Part shown: in pieces, positions 7,617 to 15,714 of the stretch | How positions within the stretch are numbered: position 1 is the stretch's first letter | Layout: every line of letters begins with the position of its first letter | NCBI GenBank assembly: GCA_025060415.1 | Contig: JANXBT010000001.1 | Span: forward strand, 36,313 to 68,312 | Direction of reading: 5' to 3' | Source: Candidatus Bipolaricaulota bacterium | GTDB taxonomy: Bacteria; Bipolaricaulota; Bipolaricaulia; Bipolaricaulales; Bipolaricaulaceae | Length of the DNA stretch: 32,000 bases | Program-made: the position numbers and the translations under genes | Notes under the pieces: model-generated | Told to the model about the DNA's origin: nothing | The model's database searches: none | The model's input: the letters and a program-made list of their open reading frames with translations, nothing else

Positions 7617-8942
7617 ATGGGCCAGCCCTGGGAGGAGATCTGGGCGCGGGTGCGGGCGGATCTGGCCGAGGAAATCCCCCCGACGAGTTTTGCCGCCTGG
7701 TTTTCGGCGGTGCGGGCCCGCGCCGACGGGGAAGAGCTCGTCCTCGAGGTGCCCTCCTCCTTCGCCAAGCTCGCCATCGAGCAGAAGTACCAGGAGCTCC
7801 TGAGCCGGCTCTTGGCCGAGGCCGTGGGCAGGCCCGTGGCCTGGCGGATCGAGGTCGCGCCCCACCTGGCCCCCGCCCACCCCCCCGAGCCGCCCTTCGC
7901 CCGCCGCTACGTGGGCTCCCTGCCCCTCAACCCGGAGTACACCTTCGAGACCTTCGTGCGCGGCAAGAACTCGGACCTCGCCTACGCCGCGGCGCAGGCC
8001 GTGGCCGTCTCCCCCGCTCGGGCCTACAACCCCCTCTTCATCTACGGGAAGGTGGGGCTGGGGAAAACGCACCTCCTCCAGGCCATCGGGAACCACGTGC
8101 TCAAAGCCCACGCCAACTTGACCGTGGCCTACACGACCTCCGAGCGCTTCACCATCGAGCTCATCCAGGCCATCGGCGCCAACACCACCGACCAGTTCCG
8201 CTCCCGCTACCGCACGGTGGACGTCCTCCTCATCGACGACGTGCACTTCTTGCGCAACAAGGAGGGCACCCAGGAGGAGCTTTTCCACACCTTCAACGAG
8301 CTCTACGGGAACAGCAAACAGATCGTGCTCTCCTCGGACCGCCCGCCCGAGGAGCTCCAGGGGCTCCAGGACCGCCTGATCTCGCGCTTCCGCTGGGGCC
8401 TGGTGGTGGACATCCAGCCGCCGGATCTGGAGACGCGCATGGCCATCCTGCGGGAGAAGGCCCGTCGCCGGGGCGTCACCGTCCCCGACACGATCCTGGA
8501 GATGATCGCCTCCCGCATCACCACCAACGTGCGGGACCTGGAGGGCGCGCTCATCCGGGTCATCGCGTACCTCGAGCTGGGCCAGGGCCCCCTCACCGCC
8601 GAGGTGCTGGAGGCCATCCTCCCCAAGGAGGAGCGCCCGCAAAAGCTCACGATCCAGGCGATCAAGGAGGAGGTGGCCGCGTACTACCGCGTGCCCCTGG
8701 AGGAGTTGGACGGCCCCTCGCGGAAGAAGGAGGTGGCCTTCGCCCGGCAAATCGCCATTTACCTCGCCCGTGAGCTCACGGACTCCTCTTTCCCTGCGCT
8801 CGGCAAGGCGTTCGGCGGCCGCGACCACACCACGGCCATGCACGCCTACCAAAAGGTGCAAGAGCTGTTGCGGGAGACCCCGCTCCTGCGCGCGGAGATC
8901 GACGAGCTTCGGGGGCGGCTCCTGGCCAAGTACAGCCGATGA
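7617..8942 (+). CDS. dnaA: chromosomal replication initiator protein DnaA
   Basis: 441 aa. AAA+ Walker A GKVGLGKTHLLQA, Walker B LLIDDVHF, sensor SSDRPP, and the C-terminal DNA-binding domain (RQIAIYLAREL...GGRDHTTAMHA). No Shine-Dalgarno in the 16 nt after tRNA-Phe. Confidence 0.95.
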   Translation: MGQPWEEIWARVRADLAEEIPPTSFAAWFSAVRARADGEELVLEVPSSFAKLAIEQKYQELLSRLLAEAVGRPVAWRIEVAPHLAPAHPPEPPFARRYVGSLPLNPEYTFETFVRGKNSDLAYAAAQAVAVSPARAYNPLFIYGKVGLGKTHLLQAIGNHVLKAHANLTVAYTTSERFTIELIQAIGANTTDQFRSRYRTVDVLLIDDVHFLRNKEGTQEELFHTFNELYGNSKQIVLSSDRPPEELQGLQDRLISRFRWGLVVDIQPPDLETRMAILREKARRRGVTVPDTILEMIASRITTNVRDLEGALIRVIAYLELGQGPLTAEVLEAILPKEERPQKLTIQAIKEEVAAYYRVPLEELDGPSRKKEVAFARQIAIYLARELTDSSFPALGKAFGGRDHTTAMHAYQKVQELLRETPLLRAEIDELRGRLLAKYSR

Positions 8943-9197
8943 ATCCCCAGCCCCCTGTGGATAACCCTGGGGAGAAATCCGCCGTGGCCTGTGGAAAACG
9001 CCGGAAGCCCTGGGGAAAACGGGTGGGGACAAGCGCCGGTTACGCTTGTCCACAATTGTTTTCCCGAGCCGTCCCCAACTTATCCACAGGCTATCCCCCG
9101 GGTTATCCACAGGGGCGGACCCACATCCCAAGGGGGCTCCCCAAGGTTTTCCCCAGCCCCCACGTAGCCCCTACAACTTCTTCTGGCAAGGCTGAAC
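8943..9197. other. putative chromosomal origin (oriC): DnaA-box array
   Basis: Perfect TTATCCACA at 9080-9088 (+), 9103-9111 (+) and 8956-8964 (-). One-mismatch boxes at 8990-8998 (-) and 9046-9054 (+). Two-mismatch boxes at 8968-8976 (-), 9011-9019 (-), 9024-9032 (-) and 9147-9155 (+). Non-coding, directly downstream of dnaA. Confidence 0.7.
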
Positions 9198-9701
9198 ATG
9201 AAGGAGCACAACCCGTGGGCTAGCCTGCGCTTCGGCCCGGGCTGGGAGGAACAGGAGGCCGTCCTCCTCTGGAAGCGCATCGTCGGGGAGAACCTCGCCC
9301 GGCTGGCCCGGCCCCTGTACGTAGAGGACGGGGTCCTCCACCTGGCGGTGGCCAGCCCGGTGGTGGCCAACGAGCTGCGCTTCTGGAAAAAGGAGCTCCT
9401 GCAAAAGCTGGACCAGCACGCCCCCAGGAGCAAGGTCCGCGACCTCCGCTTTCACCTCGCCCCTTTGGCCGAAAGCGCGGCGCCCCCGACCGCGCCCGGG
9501 CCAGCGGAGTGGAACCGCGCGGAGGAGGCCATCCCCGCCGCGCTCCCCCGGGAGCTTCGGACCCGGCTGGTGCGGCTCTTGGCTTGGGCCCTGGCCCAGG
9601 AGGCCGGGATCCTGCGGGGAGGGGGGCGGCGCTGCTCCGCCTGCGGCGTGGCCTTCCTCGCCGAGGGCGATCTTTGCCCCCTCTGCCGCCTGCACCTCTG
9701 A
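9198..9701 (+). CDS. dciA: DUF721/DciA-family protein with C-terminal CxxC...CxxC zinc ribbon
   Basis: 167 aa. The N-terminal ~85 aa (WKRIVGENLARLARPLYVEDGVLHLAVASPVVANELRFWKKELLQKL) fits the DUF721 (COG5512) pattern. C-terminus is RRCSACGVAFLAEGDLCPLCRL. Weak RBS. Confidence 0.7.
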   Translation: MKEHNPWASLRFGPGWEEQEAVLLWKRIVGENLARLARPLYVEDGVLHLAVASPVVANELRFWKKELLQKLDQHAPRSKVRDLRFHLAPLAESAAPPTAPGPAEWNRAEEAIPAALPRELRTRLVRLLAWALAQEAGILRGGGRRCSACGVAFLAEGDLCPLCRLHL

Positions 9702-9757
9702 TCCTTGCTGAAAAACCGGGCTCCGGGTATGGTTCGCGTCCTTTGGGGGTGGCAGCC

Positions 9758-11668
9758 ATGGCCAAGGTGATCCTGCCTGGAGGGGAGGCGATCGAAGCCC
9801 GGGGCGTTTCCTTCCTGGAGCTTTTGGGCCCGCGGGCGAAGGAGGCGGCCGGCGCCCTTTGGAATGGGCAGCTTCTGGATCTGCGGGAGCCGGTGCCCCC
9901 GGAGGGCGAGGTCCGGATCCTTGGCTTGCGCGATCCCGCGGCCCTGGAGGTCCTCCGCCACACCGCGGCCCACGTGTTGGCCCACGCGGTGACGCGCCTC
10001 TTCCCGGGGACGAAGTTGGCCATCGGCCCGGCCATCGCCGACGGCTTCTACTACGATTTCCTCTTCCCAAATCCGATTTCCCATGAGGATTTGCCCCGCA
10101 TCGAGGAGGAGATGCGCAAGATCGTCGCGGAGGATCTGCCCCTGGAACGGGTTTGGCTTTCCCGAAGCGAAGCGGAAAGGCTTCTGCGCGAGCGGGGGGA
10201 GGACTACAAGCTCGAGCTCCTTGGGGAGATCCCCGGGGAGAAGATCTCTTTCTATCGGCAGGGCGATTTCCTGGATTTGTGCCGCGGCCCGCACCTCCCC
10301 TCCACCGGCCTTGTAAAGCACTTCAAGCTCCTTGATCTAGCAGGCGCCTATTGGCGGGGCGATCCCAACCGCGACATGCTCACCCGCATCTACGGTACGG
10401 CCTTTCCCACCCAAGAGGAGCTGGAAAGATACCTGCGTTGGCGGGAGGAGGCGCGGCGCCGTGACCACCGAACCCTCGGCCCCCAGCTCGATCTTTTCTC
10501 CATCCAAAACGACACGATCGGGGCAGGGCTTGTCCTTTGGCACCCCAAGGGCGCCCGCGTCCGTCGCCTCATCGAGGACTTTTGGGTGGCCGAGCACTAC
10601 AAAGCCGGGTATCAGCTCGTCTACACGCCCCACATCGGCCGGAGCCGCCTCTGGCAGACCTCCGGCCACCTCGACTTCTATCGGGAAAGCATGTACGCCC
10701 CCATCGCCGTCGAAGGGCAGGAGTTTTTCCTGAAACCCATGAACTGCCCCTTCCACATCGCCATCTATAAGACGAAGACCCGGTCTTATCGCGAGCTGCC
10801 CATCCGTTACTGCGAGCTCGGCACGGTCTACCGCTTTGAGCGCTCCGGGGTCCTCCATGGGCTCCTGCGCGTGCGCGGCTTCACCCAGGACGATGCGCAC
10901 ATCATCTGCCGCCCCGATCAGGTGGAGGAGGAGATCCGCAACGTCCTGCGCTTCGCGCTCTTCGTCCTGCGCTCCTTTGGGTTTACGGAGTTCACGGCGT
11001 ACCTCTCCACGCGCCCGGAGAAGTTCATCGGCAACCCCGAGGATTGGGAAAGGGCCACGGAGGCCTTGCGCAAGGCCGTGGAGGGGGAGGGCTTGTCCTA
11101 TGAAGTCAAAGCGGGCGAGGGGGCGTTCTACGGGCCCAAGATCGATCTAGAGGTTCAGGACTCGCTGAAACGTCCCTGGCAGCTCACCACCGTCCAATTC
11201 GACTTCAACCTGCCGGAACGGTTCGACATGACCTTCATCGGGCCCGACGGCCGGGAGCATCGCCCCTACATGATCCATCGCGCCCTTTTGGGGTCGCTGG
11301 AGCGGTTCTTCGGGATCCTCATCGAACATTACGGTGGGGCCTTCCCGGTTTGGCTCGCGCCCGTACAGGCTGTGGTGTTGCCCGTAAGCGAAGGGGACAT
11401 CCCCTACGCGGAGGAGGTGGCGGCGAAACTCCTGGCGGAAGGGATTCGGGCCGAGGCCTGGACCAGGGAAGGGAAGACCCTGCGCTGGCTGGTGCGGGAG
11501 GCCCAGATTCAAAAGATCCCCTACATTTTGGTCTGCGGTGCCCGGGAGGCCGCCGAGGGCAAGGCCGCCCTCCGCCTGCGCACGGGGGAGGACCTGGGGC
11601 CTCGCCCGCTGGACGAGGTGATCGCGCGCATTCGGGAGGCCGCCTCGACCCGGTCCTCAGGGCTTTGA
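9758..11668 (+). CDS. thrS: threonine--tRNA ligase
   Basis: The ORF-track start 9509 is rejected. ATG 9758 gives MAKVILPGGEAIEA... (TGS domain). Editing-domain motif HTAAHVLAHA, class II core (FRFERSGVLHGLLRVRGFTQDDAHI, GAFYGPKIDL), and a C-terminal anticodon-binding domain. 636 aa. Confidence 0.95.
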   Translation: MAKVILPGGEAIEARGVSFLELLGPRAKEAAGALWNGQLLDLREPVPPEGEVRILGLRDPAALEVLRHTAAHVLAHAVTRLFPGTKLAIGPAIADGFYYDFLFPNPISHEDLPRIEEEMRKIVAEDLPLERVWLSRSEAERLLRERGEDYKLELLGEIPGEKISFYRQGDFLDLCRGPHLPSTGLVKHFKLLDLAGAYWRGDPNRDMLTRIYGTAFPTQEELERYLRWREEARRRDHRTLGPQLDLFSIQNDTIGAGLVLWHPKGARVRRLIEDFWVAEHYKAGYQLVYTPHIGRSRLWQTSGHLDFYRESMYAPIAVEGQEFFLKPMNCPFHIAIYKTKTRSYRELPIRYCELGTVYRFERSGVLHGLLRVRGFTQDDAHIICRPDQVEEEIRNVLRFALFVLRSFGFTEFTAYLSTRPEKFIGNPEDWERATEALRKAVEGEGLSYEVKAGEGAFYGPKIDLEVQDSLKRPWQLTTVQFDFNLPERFDMTFIGPDGREHRPYMIHRALLGSLERFFGILIEHYGGAFPVWLAPVQAVVLPVSEGDIPYAEEVAAKLLAEGIRAEAWTREGKTLRWLVREAQIQKIPYILVCGAREAAEGKAALRLRTGEDLGPRPLDEVIARIREAASTRSSGL

Positions 11669-11690
11669 TTTTGTATAATCCCCTTGGACC

Positions 11691-12458
11691 ATGGAGAAGG
11701 AGCGATACCTCAACACCTCGCTAGCGAAAGCCCTACGGGTTTTCGAGTTGTTCAACGGGGTGGAGGGGGGCTTGAGCCTATCGGAGATCGCCAGCCGCAT
11801 GGGGGCGCGTCCGGGGAGCATTTATCCCATCGTCTACACGCTACAAAAATTCGGTTATCTTGAGCGGGATGCGGAGACCAAGAAGTATCGGCTGGGCCTG
11901 CGCATTTTGGCTTTAGCCAACCAAATTTTGTCTTCTTTGGACGTTCGCGAGAAAGCCAAGCCTGTGCTGAAGCGCCTTGCGCGTGAGCTTGAGGTGAACG
12001 CACATCTTGCGGTCCTCTACGAGGGCGAGGTCTTATACTTGGATCGGGAGGAAGCTGCGCCCAGCGTGGTGATCCCTTCGGTGATTGGACGGCGGGTTCC
12101 CCCGCATTGCACCGCTTTGGGCAAGGTCTTGTTGGCTTACAGCCCGGAAGCTCTGGAGGGGTTTTTGGCCAAGGGATCCCTTCCTGCGCTTACCCCCAAC
12201 ACTATTACCAATCCGGAACTTTTGCGACGGGAGTTGGAACGGGTACGCCAGCAAGGTTATGCAATCGACTGGGAGGAATTTCACGAGGGCAACATCTGTG
12301 TGGCCGCTCCCGTGCGCAATTATCGAGGAAAGGTGGTGGCAGCGATCTCAGTTTCCTTGGCCAAGGTCCGCCTTACGCACACTCCGTTAGATAGTTTTGT
12401 GCAAGCCGTCACAAAGGGGGCGCAGGAAGTTTCGCTAGAAATGGGGTATCGCTCCTAG
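11691..12458 (+). CDS. IclR-family transcriptional regulator (KdgR-like)
   Basis: 255 aa. N-terminal wHTH (SLAKALRVFELF...LSLSEIASRMGARPGSIYPIVYTLQKFGYLERD) and C-terminal IclR effector domain (GNICVAAPVRNYRGKVVAAISVS). TGTATAAT lies at 11672-11679, just upstream. Confidence 0.9.
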   Translation: MEKERYLNTSLAKALRVFELFNGVEGGLSLSEIASRMGARPGSIYPIVYTLQKFGYLERDAETKKYRLGLRILALANQILSSLDVREKAKPVLKRLARELEVNAHLAVLYEGEVLYLDREEAAPSVVIPSVIGRRVPPHCTALGKVLLAYSPEALEGFLAKGSLPALTPNTITNPELLRRELERVRQQGYAIDWEEFHEGNICVAAPVRNYRGKVVAAISVSLAKVRLTHTPLDSFVQAVTKGAQEVSLEMGYRS

Positions 12459-12511
12459 AGCTCAGTCCTATTGGTCTTCGCCTTAAACGGTGAGGGTTTG
12501 GGGGGACAGGC

Positions 12512-12540
12512 TTGACGCCCCGGGTTTTTAATGGTATAAT
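12512..12540 (+). promoter_or_regulatory. strong sigma70-type promoter of the ABC transporter operon
   Basis: TTGACG (12512-12517), a 17-nt spacer, then TATAAT (12535-12540), with an extended -10 TG (TGGTATAAT). Confidence 0.65.
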
Positions 12541-12541
12541 A

Positions 12542-12553
12542 GTTTTGCAAAAC
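12542..12553. promoter_or_regulatory. perfect 12-bp palindrome GTTTTGCAAAAC, candidate IclR operator
   Basis: The sequence is its own reverse complement. It begins 2 nt after the -10 hexamer and so covers the expected transcription start. Confidence 0.5.
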
Positions 12554-12577
12554 AGCTAAATTGCTGGGAGGTGGGTG

Positions 12578-13909
12578 ATGAACCGCGTAAAGAGGTTCTG
12601 GTTGTTTTTAGCATTCGTTACTTTTGCTGTCCTAGGTAGTGCACAAAAGGTTACCATCGTCCTTTCCAACTGGCACTTGGTTGAACCGCACTGGGAGAAG
12701 TCCATCAAGGAAGCGGTAGCTGAGTTTATGCGCCGCAACCCTGATATCGAGGTCGTTTTAGACTACGTTTCGTACGCCGAGAAGGAAACCAAGTATATGA
12801 CCGCAATCGAGGCTGGGGTCGGGCCTGACGTCATGCACCTCGGTCCCGCGGAGATCTCGTTTGGCTTGTTTGCTAGCCGCGGATACTTCTATGATCTTAC
12901 CCCCTTCATCGCTCGGGAGGAGCCAGGCTTCTTGGACGCATGGTACCCCGCGGTGGTTCAGGCCCTCACGTACAACGGCAAGATCTACGCGTTGGGCAAC
13001 AACTATCAGCCTATGGTCCTTATGTGGAACAAACGCCTCTTCGCTGAGGCTGGGCTCGATCCTGAAAAGCCACCGGCCACGTGGGATGAGTTCCTTGCTT
13101 ACGCGAAGGCCCTGACCCGGGATCGCGATGGGGATGGGCGCATCGACACCTGGGGGTTTGGCACTGTGGGGCGCGTGGATCCCGGCTTCCAGCTTCGTTT
13201 CACCCCCGTGCTTTATAGCTTTGGAGCCGACTATTTGACTCCCGATCTGCGGTGCGCCGCCATCAACAGCCCTGCCGCCAAAGAAGCGGTGAAGTTCTGG
13301 GTGGAGCTCTACACCGTTCACGGAGTGATCCCTCCGGGCGTGACCGACATGAGCCCCGGCAAGGTGCGGGAGCAATTCGCGGCGGAAAAAATTGCGATGA
13401 AGATCACCTCGGCTTGGAACTTGCCCATCGTGCGGACCCTCCGTCCGGAGCTCCCTTGGGCGGAGATCATCGGTGTGGCCCCCATACCCGTGAAAAGGGG
13501 CCTGGATCCTGAATACCGTACCACCGCCTTCCTCAGCTACTACGCGATGAACCGCAACACCAAGCATCCTGAGGCCGCTTGGCGCCTGCTGAAGTTCCTG
13601 ACAAGCAAAGAGGCTCAGGAGAAATGGTTCCGGGATGCCTACGTGCTCTCGGCGCGTCGGGATGTGTCGGAGCAATATGAGCCTCTCCTGGCCGATCCCT
13701 ACGCTCGGGCGATCGCTGCGGCGCTCCCCACGGCCAAGATGGTGCCTATGATCCCGGAGTGGCCGCAGATTATCGAGGCCATCAATGTGGCGGTGCAGAA
13801 AGGGTTCATCGGCGAGCCCATCGATCGGGCCTGGGCTGAGGCTTATCGTAAGATCAACGAGATCCTGGAGCCTTATCGCCCGCGGGGCGCGGCTTGTCCG
13901 CCCTACTAA
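12578..13909 (+). CDS. ABC transporter extracellular solute-binding protein, family 1 (CUT1 sugar/oligosaccharide type)
   Basis: 443 aa with a signal peptide (MNRVKRFWLFLAFVTFAVLGSAQK) and no lipobox Cys. Overall MalE/UgpB-like pattern. GGAGGTG lies 4 nt upstream of ATG 12578, whereas the track start GTG 12575 is too close to the SD. Confidence 0.9.
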   Translation: MNRVKRFWLFLAFVTFAVLGSAQKVTIVLSNWHLVEPHWEKSIKEAVAEFMRRNPDIEVVLDYVSYAEKETKYMTAIEAGVGPDVMHLGPAEISFGLFASRGYFYDLTPFIAREEPGFLDAWYPAVVQALTYNGKIYALGNNYQPMVLMWNKRLFAEAGLDPEKPPATWDEFLAYAKALTRDRDGDGRIDTWGFGTVGRVDPGFQLRFTPVLYSFGADYLTPDLRCAAINSPAAKEAVKFWVELYTVHGVIPPGVTDMSPGKVREQFAAEKIAMKITSAWNLPIVRTLRPELPWAEIIGVAPIPVKRGLDPEYRTTAFLSYYAMNRNTKHPEAAWRLLKFLTSKEAQEKWFRDAYVLSARRDVSEQYEPLLADPYARAIAAALPTAKMVPMIPEWPQIIEAINVAVQKGFIGEPIDRAWAEAYRKINEILEPYRPRGAACPPY

Positions 13910-13935
13910 AGACGCTGACCGAAAGGCGAAAGGAA

Positions 13936-13968
13936 AGAGGGGCTGGCTCGTCTCAGGCCAGCCCCTCT
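13936..13968 (+). other. intercistronic stem-loop between the binding-protein and permease genes
   Basis: AGAGGGGCTGGC (13936-13947) pairs perfectly with GCCAGCCCCTCT (13957-13968) across a 9-nt loop. No U-tract follows on the + strand (TGCTTAAAAAATC). Confidence 0.5.
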
Positions 13969-13993
13969 GCTTAAAAAATCTAGGTTCGGGAAC

Positions 13994-14866
13994 ATGAAAA
14001 CCAAACAGCGCTCGGTCGATTTCACGGGGTACTGGTTTATCTTGCCGTGCTTTCTCTTGCTGTTGGGTGTGCTGGGTTTTCCCATGGTCATGGCTGTGCT
14101 CAATAGCTTTGCCCCTATTTGGACTAAAGGTCTATCCAATTTCACTCTCGCTTATTATCGAAAACTCTTCAATGATCCGATTTTCTTCAACTCGCTGCTG
14201 CGTACGGTCTACTTTGTCGGAGCTACGGTGGCCTTGCATCTTGTTTTGGGGCTTTTGGTGGCCTTGGCCTTGAACAGCGCTATTCGAGCGCGGCGGTTCT
14301 TCCGTGTGGTGGCGATTTTGCCTTGGACGGTGCCTGACGTCATCGCTGGTTTGGTTTGGGCCTGCATGTACGATCCCTTAAGCGGGCTGTTGAATGACGC
14401 GCTGCATCGTCTTGGGTTGATCGCTTCCCCGGTGGAATGGCTGGCGAACCCGCGGCTGGTGATGCCTAGCGTGATTTTGGCGGATGTATGGCGGGGGTAT
14501 CCGTTCGTCATGCTCGTGCTCCTGGCGGGGCTTCAAGCCATTCCTCGGGAACAGTACGAAGCGGCCAAAGTGGATGGGGCTTCGGCCCTGCACGAGTTCC
14601 TTTACATCACTCTTCCTAACCTGAAACCCCTGATCGCGATCGCCACTATTCTAGACATCATTTGGCAGACCCGTCGTTTTGGGCTGATTTGGGTTATGAC
14701 CGAAGGAGGGCCGGCACGGGCCACGGAGATTCTTTCTGTGTTGGCGTACCGGCAATATTTTAAGTTCTTTAATTTCGAGTACGCTTCGGCCATCTCCGTG
14801 GTCTTGGCGTTGATTTTGCTTGCGATTGGGATCCCTTATATTCGGGCGATATCCCGAAGGATATGA
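13994..14866 (+). CDS. sugar ABC transporter permease (MalF/UgpA-like)
   Basis: 290 aa, about six hydrophobic helices, EAA loop EQYEAAKVDGASALHEFLYITLPNLKP. Confidence 0.9.
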   Translation: MKTKQRSVDFTGYWFILPCFLLLLGVLGFPMVMAVLNSFAPIWTKGLSNFTLAYYRKLFNDPIFFNSLLRTVYFVGATVALHLVLGLLVALALNSAIRARRFFRVVAILPWTVPDVIAGLVWACMYDPLSGLLNDALHRLGLIASPVEWLANPRLVMPSVILADVWRGYPFVMLVLLAGLQAIPREQYEAAKVDGASALHEFLYITLPNLKPLIAIATILDIIWQTRRFGLIWVMTEGGPARATEILSVLAYRQYFKFFNFEYASAISVVLALILLAIGIPYIRAISRRI

Positions 14867-15705
14867 ACATGGCGATGCGCGCGCTGTTGATTCGGGGAGG
14901 CGTTTACTTGTTCCTCTTTTTCATCCTGGTCTTCAACTTGACGCCTTTCTTTTGGATGCTTTCCACTTCTCTAAAAACTGATGCCGAGGTCCACGCCATT
15001 CCCCCCACGTGGTGGCCACGGCAGCCCACCCTGGAAGAGGGGTACAAAAAAGTTCTGATGTGGACGAACTTCCCGCGTTATTTCCTGAACAGCACCTTGG
15101 TTTCCCTGAGCGCCGCCTTTATCTCTACCCTTGTGGGCGCCTTAGCTGGGTACGGCTTTTCCCGCTTTTATTTCCCTGGGCGCAGCTTTCTGATCGGAAT
15201 ATTGCTCGCTTCTCAGATGTTGCCCGGCGTTCTCTTGGTGGGCCCGTACTTCAAGATGCTCGCAAAAATCGGCTTGTACGACAGCCACTTAGGCTTAATC
15301 TTGGCTTTCTCCACGCTCACGCTCCCGTTTAGTGCATGGATGCTGAAAGGCTTTATCGATACGGTTCCGCATGAATTGGACGAAGCCGCTTTGCTCGACG
15401 GATGCACCCGGTTGCACGCGTTCATTCGTGTGATCTTCCCTCTAATCACCCCGGGCATGGTGGCCACTGTGATCTTTGCGTTTTTGCTGGCTTGGGGCGA
15501 TCTATTGTGGGCGCTCTGTTTGACCACCACGGATTCCATGGCCACGGTGACCCTTGGGCTAAGCCGGCTCGTCACGCAATTCCGCGTTATTTGGCCGCAA
15601 TTGATGGCGGGATCGGTGATCGCTGCTTTTCCGCCCATGCTCCTTTACTTGTTTTTGCAGAAATACTTGGTTCGAGGGTTGACGGGCGGGGCGGTCAAGG
15701 AGTGA
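14863..15705 (+). CDS. sugar ABC transporter permease (MalG/UgpE-like)
   Basis: 280 aa, EAA loop ELDEAALLDGCTRLHAFIRVIFPLITPG. ATGA overlap with the upstream permease gene. Confidence 0.9.
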   Translation: MNMAMRALLIRGGVYLFLFFILVFNLTPFFWMLSTSLKTDAEVHAIPPTWWPRQPTLEEGYKKVLMWTNFPRYFLNSTLVSLSAAFISTLVGALAGYGFSRFYFPGRSFLIGILLASQMLPGVLLVGPYFKMLAKIGLYDSHLGLILAFSTLTLPFSAWMLKGFIDTVPHELDEAALLDGCTRLHAFIRVIFPLITPGMVATVIFAFLLAWGDLLWALCLTTTDSMATVTLGLSRLVTQFRVIWPQLMAGSVIAAFPPMLLYLFLQKYLVRGLTGGAVKE

Positions 15706-15714
15706 CGGGGGTGA

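Noticed and set aside
7267-7803. ORFs of 69, 137 and 106 aa running across the tRNA cluster.
   Set aside because: They are fully explained by six well-folding tRNA cloverleaves, and their sequences have no protein-like features.
9140-9200. A classical AT-rich DUE or DnaA-trio repeats next to the last DnaA boxes.
   Set aside because: The stretch is only relatively less GC-rich, and I see no repeated trinucleotide (TAG/GAT) periodicity. The unwinding site is left unassigned rather than called.
8939-9223. 94-aa ORF covering the dnaA-dciA intergenic region.
   Set aside because: The region is a dense DnaA-box array, and the ORF has no SD and no recognisable protein pattern. It is treated as non-coding origin DNA.
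9702-9757. Possible T-box, riboswitch or tRNA-mimic leader upstream of thrS (and likewise upstream of lysS).
   Set aside because: Only 56 nt are available, whereas a T-box needs about 200 nt or more. The only structure is a 4-bp CCGG/CCGG hairpin. lysS has no leader at all because it overlaps greA. A TTGCTG-17-TATGGT promoter-like pair (9705-9733) is possible but weak.
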